From Naegleria gruberi (Eukaryota), in NCBI GenBank assembly GCA_000004985.1, contig GG738881.1: a DNA stretch of 64,000 bases, one strand, 5' to 3'. Positions 36,297 to 48,616 of this stretch are shown in pieces. Position 1 is the stretch's first letter. Every line of letters begins with the position of its first letter. A model generated the notes under the pieces. That model did no database searches. It saw only the letters and a list, made by a program, of their open reading frames with translations, and had not been told where the DNA came from. The translations under genes were made by a program, and so were the position numbers.

Positions 36297-36468
36297 CATG
36301 TAAAAAATATAAACTAGAGAGCTAATTTATTTATTTAAATTGGAAACAAAGTATTTTATTTGTCTTGACTGAATTGAGAAAAATGTTTTATTTAGATAGA
36401 TTATTACCTGTGTGTCTTTACTGCATTTGCATTGAGAAAAAATTCTAATATTTGTTTATGAAGATTAA

Positions 36469-38085
36469 TTACAAAATAAATTGATTCTGGTTCACAGAGA
36501 GAATCATCAATACTCCATCTCCTTGATCTGAAGCTTGTTGTTGAGATTTTGCAATATTAATTTCACTGTGATAATAATCATCTAGAAATGTAGTTGCTTT
36601 GAATCCAAACTTGGTGTAGAGTCTCTGAGCTGGTAAATTGAAAGAGGAAACATGTAATTGAATCCACAAACACTTCTTCCAATATTGAACAAATCCGCTT
36701 TGCATAGTTGGATAGTTATTCCAATATTTACATTCCTCTTCCTCAGTGTCAGCTATTTGGTCAACATTGACAATAACATGTTCATTAGAATTTAAAGATG
36801 AAACATAGTATGTTGTTTCAGAGGTATCTAAATTGCAGGCATTCGTCGTTGGTGTGATTGAATATTGAGAGCTTTGTACTTCATCATTCATTGATCTCCA
36901 CATCCAAGAATAGGTCAGAACATGTTGAATGGTAAATCTTAACAATTCCTGCCCAATTCCATTCTTTCTCAAATCTGGATGAACTGCAAATGAGGTAATT
37001 TCACATCGTTGCTTCTCCTTATTAATATTATAGGTAATGTAACCTGCAACAATGAGAGATCCAAAAATGTTGGTGTTATTCCTAGTACAAGCAACCCAGG
37101 TGAAATTATCAACTGGTTTTTCATGATTATTACATAGAGATTGTTTAAATGCCTGATAGAGATACTTCTTATCTAGTGGTTTTGAAAAGCAAGAGCATTC
37201 AATATCGTACAATGCCTCAAATGTTTGATCTGAGAATGGATAAATGAGAATATCTGCTGTCTTTTCTGTTGGACGAATATCAATCGAGTTGGAAGGAGAA
37301 TTATTTACATGATTTACATCCAATTGATTGGTTTGATCTGGTAAAATATCATTAAAATTGTCAACATAGATACTTTCAGCAATTCTTCTTGGTCTTTTCA
37401 TAATTGGAAGAGCTGATTGTAAGAATACATGATCAGACGGATGTGAAAATGATGAATTATTCGTAGTACTGGAATCAGTTCCACTCGTTACAGACATTGT
37501 ACTGACATTTAGCATCGATCCAGTTGTCTTTCTAATATGATTCTTCATACAAGTTGAGCACAAATCGAAATCTCTACAATTCAAACAGTGAAATCTCGTT
37601 CCATGAATGCTACACTCACATCCATCACAAGTAACACCCTTGTGAACTATCTTCCCCTGAACTATCTGAACTTGTTCCAAATTAAATGAATCAATTGGTT
37701 TGGTAAATAATTCATAATCTTTACAGTATTGATCAGCAACAAGCACTCCATTCTTTGATATTTTCTTATCCAATAATCCAATTCTTTCCAAAAGCGGATA
37801 TTTAAATTTTCTATTCAATACCAAAGCAAAACAATGTCCCTTTTTCTGATGATGTTTACCTTGTTCCTTTTTACAATTTAAACAGAGAGTATAGGCTGTT
37901 TGTTGAGAGGAAAGCGAACAATTTAAACAAATGGACATGATTTGATTTTCATTGATTTTTGATTTACAATTTTGACATGTACATTGATCGCTCCGATGAT
38001 GAATATCATTATTGAGAGGATGACCGGTCGAGGAAGAAAAAATGTGATTTCGAGAAGTAGCAGCAGGTTGGCGCAAATTGTTCAT
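36469..38085 (-). CDS. ZZ-type zinc-finger + GNAT N-acetyltransferase domain protein
   Basis: The ZZ finger reads VTCDGCECSIHGTRFHCLNCRDFDLCSTC, with N-terminal Cys clusters. The C-terminal GNAT fold reads …IVAGYITYNI…EITSFAVHPDLRKNGIGQELLRF…AQRLYTKFGFK. Confidence 0.65.
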   Translation of the reverse strand: MNNLRQPAATSRNHIFSSSTGHPLNNDIHHRSDQCTCQNCKSKINENQIMSICLNCSLSSQQTAYTLCLNCKKEQGKHHQKKGHCFALVLNRKFKYPLLERIGLLDKKISKNGVLVADQYCKDYELFTKPIDSFNLEQVQIVQGKIVHKGVTCDGCECSIHGTRFHCLNCRDFDLCSTCMKNHIRKTTGSMLNVSTMSVTSGTDSSTTNNSSFSHPSDHVFLQSALPIMKRPRRIAESIYVDNFNDILPDQTNQLDVNHVNNSPSNSIDIRPTEKTADILIYPFSDQTFEALYDIECSCFSKPLDKKYLYQAFKQSLCNNHEKPVDNFTWVACTRNNTNIFGSLIVAGYITYNINKEKQRCEITSFAVHPDLRKNGIGQELLRFTIQHVLTYSWMWRSMNDEVQSSQYSITPTTNACNLDTSETTYYVSSLNSNEHVIVNVDQIADTEEEECKYWNNYPTMQSGFVQYWKKCLWIQLHVSSFNLPAQRLYTKFGFKATTFLDDYYHSEINIAKSQQQASDQGDGVLMILSVNQNQFIL

Positions 38086-38150
38086 TTTTTTCTTTGGTTG
38101 TTTACAATCTCTTCTATTTTTGAATCAGAGTTCATGTAAAATCATAAGAG

Positions 38151-38157
38151 GACAAAA
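38151..38157 (-). terminator. Pol III oligo-T terminator after tRNA-Ser
   Basis: Minus strand reads TTTTGTC directly after the discriminator. Confidence 0.5.
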
Positions 38158-38238
38158 CGTTGAGGATGGGATTCGAACCCACGCGGATTACTCCACCAAC
38201 TTAGCAGGCTGGCGCCTTAACCACTCGGCCACCTCAAC
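38158..38238 (-). tRNA. tRNA-Ser (GCT), class II with long variable arm
   Basis: Minus strand reads GTTGAGGTGGCCGAGTGGTTAAGGCGCCAGCCTGCTAAGTTGGTGGAGTAATCCGCGTGGGTTCGAATCCCATCCTCAACG. The D-arm is identical to animal tRNA-Ser, the anticodon loop is CTGCTAA, and the discriminator is G73. A TTTTGTC terminator follows. Confidence 0.9.
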
Positions 38239-38377
38239 TTACGATTTAATCTTTAAAATGGCAAACAGAACTGTAACACTTACAACCTTAGTAATCTCTG
38301 GAAATTCTATGCTTCAGAGGATAAAGATAGCAATTATTATGCAATATTATCCTCCAGAACTGGTAGACAGTTTATTC

Positions 38378-41300
38378 TTAAATATCTTCTCCTGCTGGAC
38401 TAATCATTATGGAAATCTTATCCAAATCATTGCCAATAGATATGGAAGACCTATTTGGACGCATCACAATTGGATTCACATGATGTTTCTCCTTTACAAG
38501 ATATGTTTTACATTCACCTTTTCCTTTTACCGAAACTTTTCTTTCTTCAAATTCGAATAAATCGTATGTTCTTTCGTAGGTACTTCGAGAAAGTTGGATT
38601 CGTCCTGGTACCCCAGTAGATTCCATTCTTGAGGAAGTATTGATGGTATCTCCCCATAAGTCTGTTTTTAATTATAAATATTCAATATTTTTGTAACAAA
38701 TTGTAATGCATAGTTAAAATATCGAAAAACATACCATAGGCAAATTTCTTTCTTCCAATCACACCAGCAATAACTCCTCCAGTATTCAATCCAATTCTAA
38801 CATTCAATTGTGAATCTAAATTTTCAGAATTATATGAACGGATTACTGACAAGGTGTCAATTGCAAATCTCAAAGTTCTTTCTGGATGATCGGATTGAGC
38901 ATTCACACCATGCAATCCTCCAACACAAAAATACGAATCCCCAATTGTTTTTATCTTTTCCAAATTGTATTTATCTGTCAAATCATCAAATCCGTTTACA
39001 ATTCTATTAAGCATTAGAACTAGCTCAGAAGGATTCATGTTAGAACTCAAATTTGTAAATCCAACCCTAAATAGATTATTTTCTAATAAATTCAAGGAAC
39101 TTACATATCACTGAAATAACAAGTAATGTCAGAAAATCTTTCGGCAATGAAAGTTTCTCCATTTTTAAGTTTCGTCGCAACTTCTTCTGGAAGAATGTTC
39201 CTTAATAAATTTTCAGAATTTTTCTTCTCCTCCGCAAGTAAACTATTCTGTTTCTTTTCCATTGTAATGTCCTTAATAAATAGAGAAACAAATGAGCTAT
39301 TGTTAATTTCAGTTCCAAAAATGCTCACTTTGGCGGGAAATTTACTCGAATTCTTTCGAATACAATCAATTTCCAATACTTCTCCCAATTCATTTTCTTC
39401 CCCTTTCGTATGGTATTTGAATTCGCCAGTTGCTTTCTTCATCAATTCGTGAAAAGACGGATCAAAGAGTGTTGTGAAGGATAAACCCAAAACGTCAACT
39501 GCTGATTTTCCAAACATTTTCTGAGCTGCAATATTGATAAATGTCACTTCTCCTCTTTCATTACATGTGACAGCTCCTTCTACCATTGAATTGAGAAGAT
39601 TCTTAATGGCATCGTCATATTCAGTCTTTCGTTTCACATGTGAACTATTAGAAAGTGTATTATTCACAATGAAATTCTTCAAAATATCATTCGAATCTAA
39701 ATAATCTATTGGAATGTAATTCAAAAACGTTCTCAATGTGGTAATATCATAATCAGTTGTGTGAAAGCTCATATAAATGTAATAATTAAAAGCAATCAAG
39801 AAGAAAAATCCAAACACAAAGAATACAATACTAATCACTTTCGATGATGAAGTAGAAGAAAGTGTTGTCAACAATTCCAATAATCTCTCAATCATTTCAT
39901 CTGTCATGTTAAATATACTGAGATAGTACAAAAAAGTGTCAGGTGCCTTTGCATAGAATGGATTCAAAATATCTTCATTGAATTTTGAACACAAATGAAG
40001 AACAGTTGCAACTAATTCTTGTAAATCATAACACGTTCCATTTAGACATGTAAGTGGAGCAGTAATTACCTCGTCAACTCCTGGATATTTGTTGAATATT
40101 GAGCTTGTCAAATTTCCACCGAATAAAAGTTCTGCAAATTGAGATTGTGCTTCAGAAATGTAGATGCGATTATCAGAGTGGTATGTATCTAGATTGGATT
40201 GATTGGCTAATGCAGGATCGTTAACAGAATGCCCTGACTTGATACCATAAAAGGCAAACAATTCACCCAATCGGACATTTAATCTTGTGCAAGCTCTTAT
40301 CACTGATGTGGCTGTGTCCACATTGACCATGGCCTGAGATGACATGGCCACATTCAGATTATTTTCCACATACATAAATGAAATACAAAGTGAAAATACT
40401 ATTAAGGAAAGAAAACCAATACTAAGGGACATGAATTTTGGACTAACTACCCTTCTCAAATGTTTCACTTCCTGAGTGGACCGTTTTTGAAGATCATGAT
40501 AGACGGATCCGACGAATTCTTTGGGAATCTTACTGAATAGGTTGATTATTCGAGAAGATTTAGACATTCCAATTCTGGAAATTATTAAAAATGTTCCATA
40601 AATGATAATTAATACAAATGTGGAAGTAAATAAGTAAATTCTCAAAATTCTATCAAGTAGCAAATTCTGAGCCCTCTTTCTAATCTGAAATTTTGAACAA
40701 AAAAGACCATTCGCCTCACTTGCAGCTCTTCTATTAAGGTAAGTATACATAAATTCATAAGATTTGATCGTTTCATTGTAATTCTTCCAATTGTAAATAA
40801 TTTTCGTGTTGGATATGAATTCTCTCGTCAACTCACTCATGGAAATGTTCTTCTTGTAGCTCGTCGTGTAAACTCTATCACTGGTGCTTACACTTGCTGT
40901 AGGAACAACAATCGGATTAATCACAGCTTTGTAATCTTCAACCATTTGTGTTGTAAACTGTGGTGATATTGAATTAGCAGCTAGATTTTGTAAATATTGC
41001 AAAATCCTTTTCAATCTACGTTGGTGATTATTCAGAAAATATTGAATAGTTTCATATTCAGAGGAATTCACAGCTGGTTGACTAATATTTAGATTATTGT
41101 AAAGCTCATTGTAAATTTGTCCCATTCTCACTTCACGCATCAAACTTGAAGGACTCGTTCCAGGTAAGCAAGAATCCAAAGATAATGGAATTTCCGTAAC
41201 TAAACTTCCCAAAACAATGCAAAGAATGAATGCAATTAAAAGTAAAACTATCTGAAACAAGGCTAAACCAATTAATGTGTAATTTCGTACTTTGGATTGA

Positions 41301-42970
41301 TAGGGAGTGTTAAGAGCGTTTCTAATAAAGAGATGTTTCTTTTCTGTGGATCCAGCCACTTCAATTCCTTCAAATTTTTCCTCCTCCAACTCAATCATGG
41401 TATTTCGTCTATTTTCTAATAAAGTATTTGGAGGTGTAATCATACTATTGGCAATACTAAAATGCTTTTCAGTTTTTGGTTTCGTCTTTTTCTCAAACTT
41501 TTTAACAATTGGCTGAGCTTTCGACTCTTCCTCTTCCAACTGAAAAGCTTGTTCGAATAAATCAGCAGCTGTTTCCTTGTCAAACTTGAAATTCTCTAAA
41601 TAACTTGCATAAAACCTCAACACTGTCTTATCGTGTTTAAAATTTGTCATTAAATGTTTAAATCTCTCATCACAATACAAGGTCAATGCAGTTGTACGAG
41701 AGATTAGTTGATTGATCTTAATTTCATTAGGTAGGTCAGAAATTATTTCCTTCCAAAACATGCGATGGATTGACCACAACTCATCCTGTTGTTTTTCCAG
41801 ATCGTGGAGCATGGTTTTGATTTCTACTTGATTAATTCCGTGAGTTTTAGTTGAGCTGTAAACTTCAATTTCTTTCATTCTTTCCATAATTAGAATTCTT
41901 GTCCAGCCATTGTTACAGAAGCGTTTTGCCTTTTTTAGAATGTAGGTAGCATAGGAAGAACTGTTTTCATCGTTCCAATANNNNNNNNNNNNNNNNNNNN
42001 NNNNNNNNNNNNNNNNNNNNNNNNNNNNNNNNNNNNNNNNNNNNNNNNNNNNNNNNNNNNNNNNNNNNNNNNNNNNNNNNNNNNNNNNNNNNNNNCCAAT
42101 TCGTTGTCTCCACACTCGTATCCTACTATGGACCTTTCCTTTCAAAGTTCTAAACTCGGTCACAAGTATGGCCATGAAGATAAAGTACATGGCCATGAGA
42201 ACACTAGTAATGGCAATTTTCGCCGTATATCCAATTGCATCCAATGAAAGTGTGATAGGATAATTGAGTACACGGAACACCCAACTAGCATACTGTCCAT
42301 ACGGATTTTCCTTAATATAATTGGTATTCGAAAGTGGATAATTACTTCTCTCTGAAGAAAGTGTTGGAAATATCAAATTAACCCAATACATGTACATGTA
42401 GAAACCAAAAATCAACACCCTCTCAAACATTCGAATCTCAGTTTCACTCGTTTTCACAGTCAAGTAAAAGTTTGCCAATTTTTCATTGAATAATTGAAAG
42501 ACTGAAGTTGGTGCACCACTCGAAGTTGTTAAAACATTATTGAAAGAGGACATGTTATCGGATGCTGTTGCTGGATTATTTCCTCCTCCAACTCCTGCTA
42601 TGGATAAATCGTACTGTGTATTTGTTGCTTGTGTTGGGCTGACAATTTGAATATTAGTTGAATTGTTATTGCTAATAGGAGTGGTTATTATGGTTGTGGT
42701 TGTGGAGTTTTTGTTGTTGTTGTTGTTATTCAGCTGATAAATTCCGCTACCACTCGAGGAATTAAGGAAATTAATATTGTTATTGTGATTAACATTGTTA
42801 TTGTTGTCGTTTGGTAATGTTGGAGAGGAAGTTAATGTAATTAGTGGAATGCTCATATCATCGCTTGCTTGTTGTTGAAGCATCGTCGTTGCTAAAGTAG
42901 AGACTTGTGGTGAAGATGAAGATGAAGAAGTGTTATCAACAATATTGCTCATCATCCTATGTTTTTTCAC
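38378..42970 (-). CDS. polytopic membrane class III nucleotidyl (adenylyl/guanylyl) cyclase with PAS domain; contains the assembly gap
   Basis: The long 5' exon (39105..42970) has an Asn/Ser-rich N-terminus, ≥8 predicted TM helices separated by two large loops, a PAS-like domain (…VTCNERGEVTFINIAAQKMFGKSAVDVLGLSF…) and the cyclase lead-in LLRNILPEEVATKLKNGETFIAERFSDITCYFSD. A 38-nt intron (~39067..39104, GTAAGT…TTTAG) follows. The middle exon (38735..39066) reads …VGFTNLSS…KIKTIGDSYFCVGGL…RIGLNTGGVIAGVIGRKKFAY. After an intron at ~38662..38734, the last exon (38378..38661) reads DLWGDTINTSSRMESTGVPGRIQLS…VKGKGECKTYLV. Confidence 0.8.
41980..42095. other. assembly gap (116 N)
   Basis: A run of n characters, giving about 39 X residues in the cyclase ORF. 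Confidence 1.
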
Positions 42971-43665
42971 TTGTCCTTACTTTGAAAATAGAAACCAATA
43001 GAGTTTTCGTACTGAAAAGGAAATACGGAGCAACACAAATCAGTCCCTTAATAATTTACAGAGTCATCATCACATCATCATTGTGCGAGTGTTGTTGGAG
43101 AGCTTGTATTGTTACATAGTGTTGGGTATACATCATTTCAAAGTAGTTCGTTTTTGTGCACTCAAATGGAGTCCAAATTTGGATAGCTTAATTTTTTAAA
43201 AAGTAAATTACATTCTGCTTATTGAGATGGTGTTGCAAGACCAATAATGTCAGGAATTTGAATAATATTGTTTGGTCAACTGTCCAAAAAATCAAATTTT
43301 CAATAGATCTAAGTATCTAAAGCCTTGAGGAGTAATGTAATTATTCAATATGGACAATGTTTTCAATTGTGTCATGGTGCTAATTAACATCCAGAACTTT
43401 GCTCCTTCATATTCAAGCTCATTTTCTCCAATGCAGAGTGTTTCAATACAGCAATTATCTGTAACACGGTTAGACTCAATTTGCTGGGGAATATTGCAGA
43501 AAGTTTAGTCAATCGATCCAGTTGACTAATTGGTCTAATTCCATCTTGTCTAAACTCGGCCCAAGACAAAGAAATACTTCATCTTTAATACGGGAACAAA
43601 TAATATTGTTTGGACACTTATTGGTATTAGTAGTTGATCAGTAATTACATGAATAAACAATTGGT

Positions 43666-46483
43666 TTATTCATCATCTTGATAGATTTTTTCCAAACCGA
43701 GTATGGTATTCTTTTCAACTTGAACTGTGAGATTGTGTTCTTTGAGTAAACCGTTTGAGCAAAAGATTCTTCTCACCGATTGCAAGACACGTTGATGATC
43801 TACTTGGTCATTATTGGCGACACGAACCTTAATGGTAGCAATTAATTCTTGCTTTCTCTTGTCAGCATCAATTTCAATGTCCTCCTCATCAGCTTCATCG
43901 AGTGAGGAACAATTGAGAGCCCAAAAATGTTCACTATGACATTCCAATACTCCTTCAACCATGGATGAAACTTCCTTTACACACGAGTTCAAATGATTAG
44001 ATAAATTTTCAGGAGTTGTCTGCAATAGAATTTTTCCATTGGCCTTCAACACAGGAAGAGAGAAGAATACGCATGTCATTGTACTCATACAACATAGAAC
44101 AAAATCAAATCCAATACCAGCACTTGAATAGTAAACAGCTTTCAAATAAATAAAGAGAGCAACGTGAATGTGAGCCTCTCTCATAATGATATAGATCCAA
44201 AACTTGGCAGATGGAATCTTTTCTCTGATATAATTGTGAATAGTATTGTAGTATCTTCCAATAGTTGTTGTTTGGGAGGTGTTAAAAACCGAGTTGAAGG
44301 AGGAAAATTGTTGGTACCACATTGGTGAGCTATTCATTCTATTCAAAGGAACACTTCCTCGAGAGGAATTAGAAGATGGATTCTTTCGCTTCTCGGCAGA
44401 AGAGAGCAATAAAAAGTCTTCTTCATTCTTCTTTGCCTGATAGGAGGAACTTCCTGAATAATTTCCAAACAAGTAAATTGATAATCCATTAATAAATAAT
44501 CCAAATAATACGAGAAGATATGTGAAAATACCAACTCTGTACTGATCCAATAGTGTGTCAATAGTTGTTGAATGATCATTAGAAGCCCTAGCTGATGAAG
44601 GAATGTGCAAACCAACGCCATTCTCTTCCTCATGAGCTTGGGAAGAGAATTTAGAGGTGAGTACATATTGAATCATTTCAGAAAAGATACTCAATGAGAG
44701 GAAGGAAGAAAATACAGCATTGGCAAAACGTAACAATACTCTCAAACGTTTCCACAAAGAATAAGTATAGGGTTGGAAGAGTAATCTCTTGATTGAACCC
44801 TCCTCTTCCAGTGTGGAATTATCCCCAAATGACGATGTATTATTTAGTGATGATGTTGTTGATCCGAGAGGAGAGTCAAAGGTGTTGCTATTATTATTAT
44901 TATTGGGAACAGAGTTTGTCTTGAATTGGCTCGACTTGTTAATGACACTACTGCTCGACCCCTGTAATGTATTCTCTTCGTGTGTAGTCTTGATGTAAAT
45001 TACAATTAAATCGATCAAAAACATAAATCCTCTGTGGAGGAGATAAAATCCAGAAAATAATATTAACAAGCTGACCATGAATCCGTGATTTCTAAAGCTT
45101 TGTACAATATTCTCTTGTTCTTCATTGTTAGATTTGGCAGATTCGTGATTATGTGTACTGCCATACTGAATCATACCAATGAAAATTTCCAAAATTGAAA
45201 ATGTTAAAATGATAATGCAAAATAGGAAATGTGTCTTCAATTGTTGATGTTGTTGGAAGGAGAGGGAGTAATTTCTTGATGAACTCAAGGAGAGGGGAGA
45301 AATGAAAAACGAAACAAATTGTTGAATATTTCCCAGCAACCAATGTGCTTCAGGATTAGTATTCTGTAAGGATTGAATCCAATTGGACAAACTGGTCAAA
45401 TTGTCGGAAATATTCTTCTTTGTAAATAATTGTTTGTATCCACCAGTGGTAATTAAATGTTTCAAATTCAAGATAAAACCAATCACAAACACAATCAATG
45501 TCTTGAACCAATTTAAAAACATGGTTGAAAATAAATGTATTCTGACAGACATATCTTGAGCAATAACAAGAATAGGCATGTCACCTTCATCTATTTCTTG
45601 TCCAGAACAGAAAATTCTTTTAAACGATCTAATTCCTCTCTGTAATCTTCTCCAAACATTGTTACCCAATTGCATACTTTTTGCTTTTCTTTGGTCATTT
45701 GGAATATGATTACATTGTTCATTACATTGATTGTTGTTGTTGTTGCTGGAATTGTTTTTGTCGTCTATTACTGGTACTGCTGCTACTACCAATTAATTGT
45801 GGAGAGAAGGAGAAGGAATCCCGTGATGAATCAGTCAATTGTTGTTGTTGATTGTTATTATGAGAAGGAGAGGAGGGAATAAAGAAACTAATAGCCAAAT
45901 CAGAGTTGCTATTAATTCCACTGTTTAAAGATGGTGATGATGAGGTTGCTATAACAACATTTGCTGATGTTTGTGTGGAATTGAAAAGATCATAGGGATT
46001 TGGTACACGGGCACTTGTTGTTGTAATATTCAAGTGAGAAGTGGCAGTACTACCCGAGGATGATGCAGAAGGTGAAGCAATCCTCGCACTACCTGCCAAT
46101 GACAGTGGTGGTACGGTTATCAATGAAGCACCACCTTGTTCTGGTGATTTTACTCCAAATCCACCAGTAGCAATAATGGTATCATTTGGTATTGTTGTAG
46201 TTATTGTTGGCGAAGAAGAAGAATTGGTATCAACAGCAGCAGCAACTACACTCACTATAGATCCTCCATCATCTTCATTGTTGTTATTATTTGTTGTACT
46301 TCTACCACCATCAACAATTACATCAGACACCTTCGGATGGATTATTGTTACTGTTGTTACTAACATCCACTTGCTGTGATGGAAGCGCGGAGGTGTTTTC
46401 CATTTTTTTCTCGGATGATGACGATATTTATTGTGATGATGATAATATGACATCACCAACATTGATATTCTTATTGGTGGCAA
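43666..46483 (-). CDS. cation diffusion facilitator (ZnT/SLC30-like) metal transporter with His-rich N-terminus; frame break near 45722..45792
   Basis: The upstream ORF (45722..46483) has a His-rich N-terminus (SYYHHHNKYRHHPRKK) and Ser/Thr/Asn low complexity. The downstream 708-aa ORF has multiple TM segments and a CDF C-terminal domain (…LLQTTPENLSNHLNSCVKEVSSMVEGVLECHSEHFWAL…ELIATIKVRV…). The two ORFs overlap by ~70 nt around an A5 run. Confidence 0.6.
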
Positions 46484-46762
46484 CAGAGGGATTATTGTTA
46501 CTTATTGGATAATATTAAGATGAAATGGTGTTGTGAAGAATGAATAAAATTTGAATAAAAAATTGTTGGTTGCATTGTTTTAATAATTAAATGGTTGTGT
46601 AAAAAGTTTTGATAATAAATAAGGTTTTCAGTGCGCCTTTTACTAAATAATTTAAATTTAAATAGTCCAACTTATATTAATATCTAATAAGTATTTAAAT
46701 AAATTTTAAAATAAAAAATAAATTTCCTTACCAGATTGAAATCCAAAATTAGAACAAAAAAA

Positions 46763-48593
46763 ATGTTGTTCAAACAATCAGAAGGCACTTCCAACTCTTT
46801 TTCTTCGTCGGAAGAGGCCTCTTCTTCCTCATCCATGAGTGATGATCAAAATACTAATAACAATAATAATACAAATCAGAATAATAGTGATCACGAAGAT
46901 CAACATGAGGATGATGAAGGAATTAATAGGAGAAAATCATCAACTAGTTTTAGAAAATTAGTGGAAAAGAGAAAGTATGGAGTGATGGTAAGTCTTTCAT
47001 TGAATGAGTTTAAATTAATGAATTAATAATATTAAGAATGGATCGGAATTTTCTGATCAAGTCTATTCTTCATCCTCTATCATTCAATCATTGAGTGCTA
47101 GTGGTAAATTAATTGGCCACAAGGTAAGCTTACTTTTAATCATTAATTGATCAAATATATTGAATCATTCAATATAATAGGGTTGTGTCAATTCTATCAA
47201 TTTTAATGTGTCTGGTGATTTGATTGTAACTGGAAGGTAAGTTTTGATTAACACATTCATATATGAAAATCAATATAGTGACGATACAACTGTAAAGGTG
47301 TGGGATACTTGGACTGGAAAGTGTTTGAAAACATTTGGTGGACATGTTTCGAATGTTTTTGCAGTTTCATTCCTTAATGGAAATGATAATATGGTGATTA
47401 GCGGAGGAAATGATTCAGATATTCGTCTATATGATGTGGAAAGGGGATCATGTACTGTTTTTCAACATCATAGAAAGAAGGTACTAAAAATTGCATGTCA
47501 CTCTGCACTTCCAAGTTGTTTTATGAGTTGTTCTGCTGATGGAACCATTCGTTTGTTTGACACACGTTGTAAATATGAAAATTGTAAAATAGAGCAGGAT
47601 TTAAGGTTAAACCCCAATATAATAGATGCCTACGATCATGATATGAATGTTGCTCCTCAATACAGTGGTGGAGGTAGAAAGAATACAGTCATTTCAAGAG
47701 AAGTTACTGAACCTTCATTGATTGTTGATTTTGAAGGTGAAACCTTGTACAGTGTAGATATTAATCCATCTTGTTCGAATGAGTTTATTGTCTCATCAGA
47801 ACTTTCAGATACTCGTTTATTTGATATGAGAAAAGTTGGTAATCATTCATACCAATCCTACTTGAATATTTTCAGAAATTTGGAAGTGGAGTCGGCTCCA
47901 GTTTCTGGTAGTAGTTTTTCAACGAATGGACGCCAAATTGTACATACTCATTTAGGAGAAAAGATTTATACCTTTGATACGTATCATAATTTTGAGAAGG
48001 ATGAAGGTCTTAATTATTCAGATCAAGAAAAAGCAGAATCAGATGTAAAATCATACCAGAGAAGATATCGGTAAGTTTACTAATTTATAATATTAATTTT
48101 TAATTATTTCATCTTAATTTGTAGTGGTCACGTATCTGAGGATACAATTAAGGGAGTTAGCTTTTTCGGTAGAAATTCTGAATATGTCATGTCAGGTTCT
48201 GACAATAATGATATTGTCATTTGGGATAATCAAACAGGAGAACTTGTGAGAATTTTGGAGGGTCATGGTGAAACAGTCAACACTGTTGTTGGCCATCCAA
48301 AATATCCAATCATTTGTTCTGGAGGTATTGAGGACTTTGTGTATATTTGGAAACCATCTGCAGATAAAATGACTTTATCTGAGGAGGAAGTAAAAAAAAG
48401 AAAGCTGGACATTGAAAGAGCTCTTTCCAATGAATCAACTGGAGAATATTCATCAAATGCATTCGAGTTCATGATGGCCTTTCATGAACTCTTAAATTCT
48501 GGAAATCCTAATTGGCAACGAATATTATTAAGACATATTGCCATGACAGAAGAGGATGATTCTGAAGAAGAGGAAGAGGATGATGAAAATTAA
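46763..48593 (+). CDS. DCAF8/WDR42-like WD40 protein (5 exons)
   Basis: Exons lie at ~46763..46987, ~47037..47123, ~47181..47236, ~47279..48070 and ~48125..48593, all with GTAAGT/GTAAGC donors and phases consistent. They encode …GKLIGHK|GCVNSINFNVSGDLIVTG|SDDTTVKVWD… and the C-terminal …SGSDNNDIVIWDNQTGELVRILEGH… plus an acidic tail. This is colinear with DCAF8. Confidence 0.8.
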
Positions 48594-48616
48594 ATGTTTT
48601 TTATCAATATAATAGA

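Noticed and set aside
38078-38560. 160-aa plus-strand ORF overlapping 38158..38238
   Set aside because: It covers the tRNA-Ser gene on the opposite strand and the 3' end of the ZZ-GNAT gene. It has no homology or codon bias support.
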